This document shows positions 43,250-51,791 of a stretch of 58,554 nucleotides of DNA, piece after piece. Numbering within the stretch: the stretch's first letter is position 1; the number at the start of each line of letters is the position of its first letter. Below the pieces are notes generated by a model. The model was not told the DNA's origin. It saw nothing but the letters and a program-made list of their open reading frames with translations, and searched no databases. Source of the stretch: an uncultured bacterium (GTDB lineage: Bacteria > Nitrospirota > Thermodesulfovibrionia > UBA6902); the NCBI GenBank assembly GCA_965603765.1, contig CBFDEG010000001.1, positions 1-58,554 of the forward strand. Direction: 5' to 3'. Both the position numbers and the translations under genes were made by a program.

Positions 43250-43537
43250 TTACCCCGGCAGTTTATAGTCCGCGCCTGCAAACTGTATGTTTGCCTGATT
43301 GTCACTGCGCGGTGGTGACACTGCGTGTACTCCTCCGCATGAAGGGCATTTGTCCACAAATGTTTTCAGGGTAAAGCTCTCTCCGCATCCCTGACATTTT
43401 GTGTCGAGTCCGTTATTTGGTACGGGCGTGTCCTTTATTGCTCCGCCGTGTGCCTGATAGACAAAATCTACGAGTTCTTTACCTTCGGCATAAGGGCCTC
43501 CGCCGCCACTGCCGCAACCGCATCCACATCCTCCCAT
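43250..43537 (-). CDS. Small zinc-ribbon protein with an N-terminal (Cys-Gly)n tract
   Basis: MGGCGCGCGSGGGG.... CQGCG...CPSCGG (CxxC-x18-CxxC). Strong AAGGAGG Shine-Dalgarno 7 nt upstream of ATG 43537. Confidence 0.65.
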   Translation of the reverse strand: MGGCGCGCGSGGGGPYAEGKELVDFVYQAHGGAIKDTPVPNNGLDTKCQGCGESFTLKTFVDKCPSCGGVHAVSPPRSDNQANIQFAGADYKLPG

Positions 43538-43640
43538 TTACAACCTCCTTTTTTATTTAATTATATAGGGCTGATCAGATTAATAGTATGACATAAATCA
43601 TGATTGCTGCCTGTTGAAAATTGTCATAGTGGGTTATAAA

Positions 43641-43760
43641 GGAGAGTGCTGTCTGTTAAGGGGACATGGCTGAAATGAAAGGTTTGTCCTGTACCGTCAG
43701 GTACAGGCTGGGCTCTTAGCGTAGGCAAGGAGAACCTTTACTTCAGTGACAGCACCCTCC
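43641..43760. ncRNA. Candidate structured RNA or long nested hairpin, class unknown
   Basis: Nested complementarity:
- GGAG/CTCC (43641-44 with 43757-60)
- GTGCTGTC/GACAGCAC (43646-53 with 43748-55)
- CTGAA/TTCAG (43670-74 with 43742-46)
- AAAGGTT/AACCTTT (43678-84 with 43733-39)
- apical CCTGTACC-GTCA-GGTACAGG (43688-43707)
The strand is undetermined. Confidence 0.35.
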
Positions 43761-43852
43761 GTGGTCTGATATTTTATGTTCTTAGTTTTAAGATAATTTA
43801 TTTTTCTCATCAAAAATATGATATATATCATCTATTAAAAGGATTACCCTGT

Positions 43853-44578
43853 TTATCTCTCCATCCTGACCCTTAGTATAATGAGCGTTACAATTCCTGC
43901 CATAAAGAGGATCCCTCCGGTCAATGCCCATACAGCACCCGGCTCCCTGTTTATCTGCAGGAGTATTGTTTTGCGTGGAAATGCAGAGATGTCCCGGACA
44001 TTGATATTGAAACCCATCTGCACTGAAGGGCTGTTCGGACTGATGGTGTCATGCATTAATGTTCTTTCATTAATAAAGTAGGATATTTTGACCTTCCAGT
44101 CAGTCACATATCCGTATTGGTCAATATCAATATCTATGTTATTAATTTTCAGGGAGGTCTCCTCATTGACGGGAATACTGAATCCCTCCATCAAGGTGAC
44201 CGTACTTTGTGACGCGCCCATACTGCTTAGAAAGTGTGCAAGAAGGATGAAGAGGAAACCGATATGGATTATCTGCGGTGAGATTAACAGAAGCCAGCTC
44301 GTGACCTTTCTCTTTTTTATTATCGACTCGATACTGCAGAAAAGGGTATTGCATGCAAGCAGTCCAAGGAGAAATATCAGACCCCACAGCCACCATGTCA
44401 GCTCCAGAGGCTGTTTGGTCAGCCAGCTGAACAGGGGGATGGAATGCAGATCCTGAAACTCCTGCCTCCCCGGCATTATGAACGCACCGCTTAATAGCAA
44501 AAGCAGAATAATACCTAAAAGCCATAAAGATGTTTTGAGCGACAGAAAAAAATCCAGTATGTTCTTCAGTAGTTTCAT
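43853..44578 (-). CDS. ccsB: Short ResB/CcsB-like cytochrome c biogenesis protein (system II)
   Basis: LSLKTSLWLLGIILLLLL, WWLWGLIFLLGLLACNTLFC, HIGFLFILLAH, and C-terminal REPGAVWALTGGILFMAG. Sits directly after ccsA. Confidence 0.75.
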   Translation of the reverse strand: MKLLKNILDFFLSLKTSLWLLGIILLLLLSGAFIMPGRQEFQDLHSIPLFSWLTKQPLELTWWLWGLIFLLGLLACNTLFCSIESIIKKRKVTSWLLLISPQIIHIGFLFILLAHFLSSMGASQSTVTLMEGFSIPVNEETSLKINNIDIDIDQYGYVTDWKVKISYFINERTLMHDTISPNSPSVQMGFNINVRDISAFPRKTILLQINREPGAVWALTGGILFMAGIVTLIILRVRMER

Positions 44579-44610
44579 GATTAGTAATTCTTAATTAGTA
44601 ATTGTCGTAA

Positions 44611-45321
44611 TCAAAAGCTGTGTGAGCTTTTCATCAATAAACTCACTCCGAGATATGTGAACATTACAACCGCAAATCCGGCGATCCCGAGATATGCCAT
44701 CGGCCTGCCTGACCACCATGATATTAGTCTGGCATGCAGATAAAAGCCGTAGAAGACCCAGAGGATGGTTGTCCAAAGTTCCTTTGGTGTCCATACCCAG
44801 TAGGTACCCCATGCAAGGTATGCCCATATACCCCCGAATATCATCGAAAGGGTGAAGAGGCAGTAACCGATCAAAACAGCTTTGTAAGCCAGGCTGTCCG
44901 GTTCAGCGCTTTTTTCCTTCAGATAAAGGCTGCCGAGTATCGCTGCTATACCGAATAGCGCGTACGACATGAATGCAAGCACTACATGGCTTTCGAACCA
45001 GATGGTCTTCAGTATCGGCGGAAGCGGGGAATTGTGCTGTTTTGCTGTCATTGCAAATGCGGTAAATAAGGAAACTGTCACCGCCGTGACATTGAAAAAC
45101 CACTTTTTTTCTTTTAGCGCATTGCCGAACGGTATGGAAAATGCAGCTATTGAAGCTGTCATAAATATAACAGTATCATGCGGTCCCACAAGCGGAAGCC
45201 TTCCGAGTTCCGCTCCCCTTGAAAATATATAAAATATCTGGAGAATAAGACCGGCGTATAACAGTTGTCTTTTCCATAGGGAGAAAAGATAAAAGGCGAA
45301 AGATAGCGCAAGTATGGTCAT
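44611..45321 (-). CDS. ccsA: Cytochrome c biogenesis heme-handling protein CcsA
   Basis: Trp-rich WAYLAWGTYWVWTPKELWT (WGxxWxWD-type). Conserved His residues. 8 hydrophobic segments. Confidence 0.85.
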   Translation of the reverse strand: MTILALSFAFYLFSLWKRQLLYAGLILQIFYIFSRGAELGRLPLVGPHDTVIFMTASIAAFSIPFGNALKEKKWFFNVTAVTVSLFTAFAMTAKQHNSPLPPILKTIWFESHVVLAFMSYALFGIAAILGSLYLKEKSAEPDSLAYKAVLIGYCLFTLSMIFGGIWAYLAWGTYWVWTPKELWTTILWVFYGFYLHARLISWWSGRPMAYLGIAGFAVVMFTYLGVSLLMKSSHSF

Positions 45322-45336
45322 CAGGAGGTTAGTATA

Positions 45337-46683
45337 TTATTTGTGAAGAATAAAATAAAAGTTGTTGCCGTGTTCTGTTGCTTCATAACCGACTATTCCG
45401 CCATGTATCTCAACTGCATTTTTTATAAATGCCAGACCCTGGCCTGTGCCCGGCTGGGTTTCAACATTTGATCCCCGGAACTTTTCTTTAAAAATATCTT
45501 CACGTTCATTCTCGGGAATATGGGGCCCGGTGCTGAATACATTGAATTTGACCCCGTCCTTGTCATGCCCGAAAAAGTCTTTTATGACCTCATGCCCGTA
45601 GGATATATATTTTTTCTTCTCCCCGTTTGCAAGAGAGACTTCCCGTGTGTATTTCAGTGTATTGGAGAAAAGGTTTGCATATACCTGCGCTATAAGGCCT
45701 ACATCAACGACGGTTAAGACCTCAGCATCAGGGATGCCGCTTAAACGGTCGTCTGTTGATATGCCGGCATTACTGAGCCTCTCGATATATCTGTCAAGCT
45801 GGGGCAGGACAACATCGTTTTTCATGTTGCATGTCTTTGTCCGGAGTGTCAGCCGTCCCTGGTCAAAATGGCTTTTCCTGAAGAGTGTTTCGATAAAGAG
45901 GCTCATGTTCTTATAATGTTTTTCTATGTTCTCAAGCTCTGTGTTCAGTCCCAGGTTTATGTCGGCAAGCTCTTTTATGAACTCCTGCATGCAGACCGCA
46001 TCACATGAACCTGCAGAGGCCTTACTGATGAAATCCTTTTCAAGTTCGGTGTTTTTTTCAATTCTTCTTTTGAGGCCCCTTAAAAAGAGCTTATACACCA
46101 TGTTGGGGACTATTATGTTGTGTTCTATGTCAGCGACAAGCGAGCGGATGAATCTGAGGTGCTCGATGTTCTTTCTTACGAGAAACCTGTTATGAATATT
46201 GAAGCCGATACGGTTTGCATATTTCTGGAAAAAGAACTCAGCGTGCTGCCCGAGGTTATCAGCAGGGTATATCTCCAGCAGTCCCAGAACATTGTCATGT
46301 ACTTCAAAGGGCAGTTCTTCAATAAGAGGACCTTTGCCCCGGATAGTCAATGCAATGCTGTTACGTTTCGTATAAAAAGGTTTGTAAGAGGGTTTCAGAT
46401 CCTGCGGTGGCGGCGTGCTCAGCTTGAGATCCTGTTCCTCTGTTCTTGATACGAGAGACATATTGTTTGTTGCCGGGTCTACACTATAAAGGCGGGCATC
46501 CCGGTCAAAATAGATCTTTGGTATAACCACACAGAGATTGTAAAAGTCCTGTATGCTGTCGACCTCCTGCGCAAGGTCAAAAAAGGTCTTCAGCGCGTCA
46601 TTTTCATTGCGGGCGAAATCATATTTTTCGTAATCAGCTTTTTTACGATTTGCTCTTTCATATATATAATTCATGCTGCTCAT
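45337..46683 (-). CDS. Soluble sensor histidine kinase (GAF-like N-domain + HisKA-like + HATPase_c)
   Basis: H-box-like LVADIEHNIIVP. N-box ANLFSNTLKYT. G-boxes GTGQGLAFIKNAVEIHGG. No hydrophobic segments. Confidence 0.75.
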   Translation of the reverse strand: MSSMNYIYERANRKKADYEKYDFARNENDALKTFFDLAQEVDSIQDFYNLCVVIPKIYFDRDARLYSVDPATNNMSLVSRTEEQDLKLSTPPPQDLKPSYKPFYTKRNSIALTIRGKGPLIEELPFEVHDNVLGLLEIYPADNLGQHAEFFFQKYANRIGFNIHNRFLVRKNIEHLRFIRSLVADIEHNIIVPNMVYKLFLRGLKRRIEKNTELEKDFISKASAGSCDAVCMQEFIKELADINLGLNTELENIEKHYKNMSLFIETLFRKSHFDQGRLTLRTKTCNMKNDVVLPQLDRYIERLSNAGISTDDRLSGIPDAEVLTVVDVGLIAQVYANLFSNTLKYTREVSLANGEKKKYISYGHEVIKDFFGHDKDGVKFNVFSTGPHIPENEREDIFKEKFRGSNVETQPGTGQGLAFIKNAVEIHGGIVGYEATEHGNNFYFILHK

Positions 46684-46882
46684 AACGGTCCTTAAAAGAA
46701 TTATGCGGTAATTAAAAATGTTTTGCTAAATAATTGTATCATAGTTTTAGTATACAAACAAAATGATGAATATAGTAATTATTTTTAAGAGATATTTTTA
46801 CGGAGAATGGGGAGAACATTTCCAGGGACGCAGGCTTTTTTGCCCGAATATGGGGTCAGCGGCTCTAATGTTAACTGCTGTA

Positions 46883-47104
46883 TTAACTGCGCAGTCTTTC
46901 CAGTACAAGCTCCACCTGTTTGTTTGTGAGCCAGCCTTTTTCGAGGAGCACTTCTCCGATCAGTCTTTGGGGCCGCAGCCTTGAGGCTGTATCATTGCTG
47001 ACTTGATCAACAAGCGCTTCCCTATACTGTTTTTCATCAATAAAGCCCATGTCCATTGCTATTTTGCAAAAGCGGTCCGGATTCGTACTGTTTGAGTTAT
47101 CCAT
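46883..47104 (-). CDS. 73-aa protein with two MshEN/T2SSE_N-like half-motifs (hypothetical)
   Basis: RFCKIAMDMGFIDEKQYREALVDQ and (R)LIGEVLLEKGWLTNKQVELVLERL resemble the RLGxx(L/V/I)(L/V/I)xxG(L/V/I)(L/V/I)xxxxLxxxLxxQ repeat. Starts 15 nt after the NfnB-like stop. Confidence 0.5.
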   Translation of the reverse strand: MDNSNSTNPDRFCKIAMDMGFIDEKQYREALVDQVSNDTASRLRPQRLIGEVLLEKGWLTNKQVELVLERLRS

Positions 47105-47118
47105 TATATTTTCCTCTT

Positions 47119-48498
47119 TTAAGTTGAGCCGGCAATAGAGAATTTTTCAGAAATATACCTGTGTATGCTTTTTGCCGCCCGTTTTCCTGCGCCCATTGCG
47201 CTTATTACTGTTGCTGCTCCGGTTGATATATCGCCTCCTGCAAAGATGCCGGGAATATTTGTGCTGTTGTCAGGTGCTGTTTTTATATATCCGCCTCCCC
47301 ATAGCCTCAGACCTTTTATAGATTCTACTAACAGGGGATTTGAGGCCTGTCCGATAGCAACTATTACCTGGTCAACATCAATGATGAATTCGTCCCCTGA
47401 ACGCTCCGGCCTTCTCCTGCCGGATCCATCCGGTTTTCCGAGGATCATTTTGTCGCATTTCATTGCCTTTACATATCCTCTTTCATCTCCGATTATTTCT
47501 GTGGGGTTTGAAAGGAAACTGAATTCGATGCCTTCTTCCTTTGCGTGGTGCAGTTCTTCAAGCCTTGTCGGCATCTCTGCCTCAGTTCGTCTGTATACAA
47601 TATAGACCTTCTCTGCTCCCAGCCTGAGTGCGGTCCTTGCCGCGTCCATGGCGACATTGCCGCCTCCTATTACCGCTGACCTGCGGGCTTTTTTTACGGG
47701 AGTAGCGTAGTCAGGGAACTGTTCGGCCTTCATAAGGTTTACCCTTGTGAGAAATTCCGAGGCAAAATAAACATTGTTCAGATTTTCACCGGGGATGTCC
47801 ATATACCTTGGTGTCCCGGCTCCTACTCCTATGAATACTGCTTTAAAGCCGTCTTCGAAGAGTTCATCGATTGTCTGGGTCCTGCCGACAACCCAGTTGA
47901 GCTGTATTTTCACACCAAGGCTTTTGATATAATCTATCTCTCTGTTGATTATTTTCTTGGGGAGCCTGAACTCAGGTATCCCGTAACCCAGGACACCGCC
48001 AGCCTCATGAAGGGCTTCAAAGACCGTTACATCATATCCGAGCCTTGCAAGCTCCGCGGCGGTGGTGAGTCCTGCCGGACCTGAACCTATGACAGCCACT
48101 TTGTGGCCGTTTAGTTTTTTAGAGGGTATTTTTTTTGAACTGTTTTGTTGTGCATTATGATCGGCCGCGAAACGTTCGAGAGCCCCTATGGAAATGGCCT
48201 GCTTTTTTTTGCCGAGAAGACAGCCGCCCTGGCATTGCCTTTCCTGAGGGCATACTCTGCCGCATATGGCAGGCAGCATGTTGTATTGCCTCACAACATC
48301 AAGTGCTGCTTCAAAGTCACTGTTTTTTATGGCGGATATAAAACCGGGTATGTCTATCTCAACAGGGCACCCCTTTACACAGCCAGGGTTTTTGCATTGA
48401 AGGCATCTTGAGGCCTCCTTTATTGCCTGTTTTTCAGTCAGGCCGAGGGAAACTTCTTTAAAGTCTTTTGCTCTTTTTTTCGGGTCTCTTGTTCTCAT
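47119..48498 (-). CDS. GltD-family NADPH-dependent FAD/FeS oxidoreductase (NfnB/SudA-like)
   Basis: CLQCKNPGCVKGCP, CGRVCP. Two Rossmann motifs, VAVIGSGPAG and SAVIGGGNVAMD. GIFAGGD. Confidence 0.88.
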   Translation of the reverse strand: MRTRDPKKRAKDFKEVSLGLTEKQAIKEASRCLQCKNPGCVKGCPVEIDIPGFISAIKNSDFEAALDVVRQYNMLPAICGRVCPQERQCQGGCLLGKKKQAISIGALERFAADHNAQQNSSKKIPSKKLNGHKVAVIGSGPAGLTTAAELARLGYDVTVFEALHEAGGVLGYGIPEFRLPKKIINREIDYIKSLGVKIQLNWVVGRTQTIDELFEDGFKAVFIGVGAGTPRYMDIPGENLNNVYFASEFLTRVNLMKAEQFPDYATPVKKARRSAVIGGGNVAMDAARTALRLGAEKVYIVYRRTEAEMPTRLEELHHAKEEGIEFSFLSNPTEIIGDERGYVKAMKCDKMILGKPDGSGRRRPERSGDEFIIDVDQVIVAIGQASNPLLVESIKGLRLWGGGYIKTAPDNSTNIPGIFAGGDISTGAATVISAMGAGKRAAKSIHRYISEKFSIAGST

Positions 48499-48535
48499 CT
48501 TATTTAATAATGCAGGGGCACGGCGCGCCTTGACC

Positions 48536-49381
48536 CTACTTTTTACAGTTTCCTTTGCATTTTTTCTTTTTGAATGCCTTCATTGACTCTGCTTCTTCTT
48601 CCTTGTAAAAACCGAGCCTGTCAGCAAGCTCATGGAAGTCAACTTCATGCCCGTCAAATTCGGGCCCTTCAATACAGGCAAATTTTGTTTTGCCCGCGAT
48701 CTTCACCCTGCAGGCGCCGCACATGCCGGTGCCCTCCACCATTACAGGGTTGAGGCTTACAAGAGTTTTAATTTCATAAGGTTTTGTTGTTTCGGCAACT
48801 GCCTGCATCATCCTTATCGGGCCTACTGCTATTACTATTTTGACCTTTGAACTCTCTATGATGTCTTTAAGTTCTTCTGTAACAAGGCCTTTTCTGCCGG
48901 CGCTTCCGTCATCTGTTGTCAGCAGCACTTCATCAGCGTATTGTTCAAATCGGTCTTTCCAGACTATCAGCTCTTTTGACCGTGCCCCGAGTATCACGCT
49001 CACCCTGTTCTTTTTTGCCTTAAGGGCCTTTAGTATCGGAAAGAGTGTTGCTGACCCTATTCCCCCGGCCACAAGAACACAATGTCCGTATTTTTTTATC
49101 GGAGTTGCGTGGCCCAGCGGACCTGCAATGTCCCTGATGATGTCACCTTTGTTGAGCAGGCCCATTTCATGGGTTGTCCTGCCGATTTTCTGGTAGAGCA
49201 GGGTAATAGTGCCCTTTTCATAGTCGGAGTCAGCTATTGTAAGCGGTATGCGCTCACCTTTTTCATGCAGTCTCAATACAACAAAATTCCCCGCTTTGTG
49301 GTGGCGTGCTATGTATGGGGCGCTCACCTGCATTACTTCAACTTCGGGAGCTATTATCTCTTTATTAAGTATTTCGTACAT
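48536..49381 (-). CDS. Ferredoxin-NADP reductase-like FAD/[2Fe-2S] subunit (NfnA/SudB-like)
   Basis: MYEILNKE...; RIPLTIAD; VAGGIGSA; C-terminal CGACRV...CIEGPEF. Start set at ATG 49381. The longer ORF to 49462 overlaps comF. Confidence 0.85.
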   Translation of the reverse strand: MYEILNKEIIAPEVEVMQVSAPYIARHHKAGNFVVLRLHEKGERIPLTIADSDYEKGTITLLYQKIGRTTHEMGLLNKGDIIRDIAGPLGHATPIKKYGHCVLVAGGIGSATLFPILKALKAKKNRVSVILGARSKELIVWKDRFEQYADEVLLTTDDGSAGRKGLVTEELKDIIESSKVKIVIAVGPIRMMQAVAETTKPYEIKTLVSLNPVMVEGTGMCGACRVKIAGKTKFACIEGPEFDGHEVDFHELADRLGFYKEEEAESMKAFKKKKCKGNCKK

Positions 49382-49386
49382 AATGT

Positions 49387-50085
49387 TTAATCTCTTATCC
49401 CGTATGCAAGGGCAGCTACAATGACCTCTTTTGCCCCTGCGCGTTTTAGTTCTTTTGAACATTCCCGGACAGTTGCTCCGGTTGTTATCACATCATCTAT
49501 CACTAAAACGTTTTTATCTTTTATCAATTTATTGCTCAGTATTTTAAATGCGTTCCTGATGTTCTTTTTCCGGTCAACGGAATTCAGCCCTACCTGCGGT
49601 GCTGTGTCTTTGATCTTGACCAGGGTGTTGATGGCCAGGCAGGCGTTCATGCCTTTTGCAACGTGGCCGGCAAGCAGGGCAGACTGGTTGAAGCCCCTCT
49701 GTCTGAGCCGTTTTTTATAAAGCGGAACAGGTATGACCGTGTCAATCCGGGGAGCCTTGACCCGCAGTATTATATCAGATAATGGTTTTGAAAGTCTTTT
49801 AACATTCTGGTATTTATATAGATTTATGGCTGTTCTAAGTACGCTGTCATACAAGCCGAAGCTTGAAGCCCTTTTAAACGCAGGTTTTTCCCTGATACAG
49901 TCAGCGCAGGTCGTGCTTCTTTCTGAAATAAAAGGTTTGCCGCATGTCAGGCAGACTGCGCCGTTATACTGACTTATAGAATCCCAGCAGTCACTGCATA
50001 TAGGCGCTGTTTCGCGGTCCGGGGACATATTGCTGCATACCGGGCATTTTTGAGGGAAAAGAGTGTTTAATAACCTGTTAAGCAT
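49387..50085 (-). CDS. comF: ComF-family phosphoribosyltransferase-domain protein
   Basis: N-terminal double CxxC zinc finger (CPVC...CSDC...CLTCG...CADC). PRTase motif VLVIDDVITTGAT. Confidence 0.85.
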   Translation of the reverse strand: MLNRLLNTLFPQKCPVCSNMSPDRETAPICSDCWDSISQYNGAVCLTCGKPFISERSTTCADCIREKPAFKRASSFGLYDSVLRTAINLYKYQNVKRLSKPLSDIILRVKAPRIDTVIPVPLYKKRLRQRGFNQSALLAGHVAKGMNACLAINTLVKIKDTAPQVGLNSVDRKKNIRNAFKILSNKLIKDKNVLVIDDVITTGATVRECSKELKRAGAKEVIVAALAYGIRD

Positions 50086-50127
50086 GTATGGTCATATGTC
50101 AGCTGAAACTATTTCATCCGGCCCGGT

Positions 50128-51651
50128 TTATTTTATTATCAGACTACTGCCGGTCATTTCTTCTGTCCGGTCAATTCCTGCAAGGTCAAGGACTGTCGGG
50201 GCCACATCCGCTAATATCCCGTTGGTGCTAAGTACGGCACCTTTTTTTAACAGTATGAAAGGCACGGGGTTTGTTGTATGTGCTGTATGTGATTTTCCGT
50301 TATTGAGCATTTTTTCGCAGTTCCCGTGGTCCGCTGTTATCATGGCCACGCCGCCCAGGGATTCTATCTTTTCGATTATCTTCTTCAGGCACCTGTCTAT
50401 TGTTTCGCATGCTTTTACAGCAGCTTCCATGATGCCGGTATGGCCTACCATGTCAGGGTTCGCAAAATTGAGAAGTATAAAATCATATGCTGACCGGTCA
50501 AGCCTTTTAAGCAGCTCATCGGTGACCTCGTAAGCGCTCATTTCCGGTTTAAGGTCATATGTGGCCACTTCTTTCGGTGAGGGTACAAGGCATCGGTCCT
50601 CTCCGGGAAAAGGCTTTTCCTCTCCACCATTAAAGAAGTATGTGACGTGAGCATATTTTTCTGTTTCTGCTATTCTCAGCTGTTTCAGGCCGTTACTGCT
50701 CAATACCTCACCAAGTATTCCTGTAAGTTTGAGAGGGGGAAATACGGCAGGGAATGGAAAGCTCTCTTCGTATTGTGTCATTGTTACATAGGAGCTCAGG
50801 TCCGGAACTTTTTTTCTCTCAAAACCCTTGAACTCATTTGCGGTCAGCGCTGCTGTCAGTTCCCTTGCCCTGTCAGCCCTGAAGTTGAAGAATATGACTG
50901 AATCACCGTCTTTGATCGTACCGGGTGCATCCGAGCCATTATTGATGATGCAGGGTTTTATGAACTCGTCTGTCTCTTTATTGCTATAGCTTTTTTCAAC
51001 AGCCTCTAATGCTGAATCTGCGGTCGTACCTTCTCCGAGCACAAGGGTGTTATATGCCTTTTCCACCCTGTCCCATCGATTGTCCCTGTCCATTGCCCAG
51101 TATCTTCCGGTGACAGTGGCTATCTTTGCGGAAGGTCTTTCTTTTAGAAAATCCTCAAGCTCTTTTATATAATGTATACCTGAAGAAGGCGGGGTGTCCC
51201 TGCCGTCCATAAAGGCATGTATGAATATGCTGCTCACGCCTGACTGAACGGCCAGGTCGATCAATGCGTAAAGATGACTGTTATGGCTGTGCACTCCGCC
51301 GTCAGAGAGAAGGCCGAGAAAATGGACCGCTCTGTTTTTGTCCAGAGCCGCGTTCATAGCGCCTTTCAGAGCGGGATTGCCTGACAGTTTCCCGTTTTTG
51401 ACAGCCTTATTGACCCTCGCATAATCCTGGTATACGATCCTTCCTGCCCCCAGGTTCAGGTGGCCTACTTCTGAATTGCCCATCTGTCCTTCAGGCAGGC
51501 CCACGGCCTCGCCGGAGGCCTCTATTGATGTATGAGGGTATTTTTTGAGCAGGCTTTTATAAAAAGGTATGTCTGCTTTTTCCTGCGCGTTTTCTTCAGG
51601 GCTGGCGCTTATTCCCCATCCGTCAAGAATTATAAGAACAATAGGTTTCAT
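50128..51651 (-). CDS. gpmI: 2,3-bisphosphoglycerate-independent phosphoglycerate mutase
   Basis: LIILDGWG, MGNSEVGHLN, ITADHGN. 507 aa. Confidence 0.95.
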   Translation of the reverse strand: MKPIVLIILDGWGISASPEENAQEKADIPFYKSLLKKYPHTSIEASGEAVGLPEGQMGNSEVGHLNLGAGRIVYQDYARVNKAVKNGKLSGNPALKGAMNAALDKNRAVHFLGLLSDGGVHSHNSHLYALIDLAVQSGVSSIFIHAFMDGRDTPPSSGIHYIKELEDFLKERPSAKIATVTGRYWAMDRDNRWDRVEKAYNTLVLGEGTTADSALEAVEKSYSNKETDEFIKPCIINNGSDAPGTIKDGDSVIFFNFRADRARELTAALTANEFKGFERKKVPDLSSYVTMTQYEESFPFPAVFPPLKLTGILGEVLSSNGLKQLRIAETEKYAHVTYFFNGGEEKPFPGEDRCLVPSPKEVATYDLKPEMSAYEVTDELLKRLDRSAYDFILLNFANPDMVGHTGIMEAAVKACETIDRCLKKIIEKIESLGGVAMITADHGNCEKMLNNGKSHTAHTTNPVPFILLKKGAVLSTNGILADVAPTVLDLAGIDRTEEMTGSSLIIK

Positions 51652-51791
51652 ATGGAAGCTCAGCCTTTCCTGCTACTTCGATTTTAACGCCCTGAAATAA
51701 ACCGGTTATTCCTGTTCAGGCAGTTGTTAGAGAAATTATATTAAGTTGAGCTGCTATAATGCAAATTTTGTCATCTGGCCTGATGAATCGA

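Noticed and set aside
43641-43760. SRP (4.5S) RNA, 6S RNA or a known riboswitch (yybP-ykoY, TPP, glycine, cobalamin)
   Set aside because: The hairpin has the size and rod shape of a 4.5S RNA. It lacks the universally conserved GGAA tetraloop and the AGCA / G-GUCAGGUCC domain IV motifs. Resemblances to the yybP-ykoY 5' and 3' words (AAAGGAGAGUGC, GGCAAGGAGAACCUUU) are partial and on a strand with no downstream gene. It is left unclassified.
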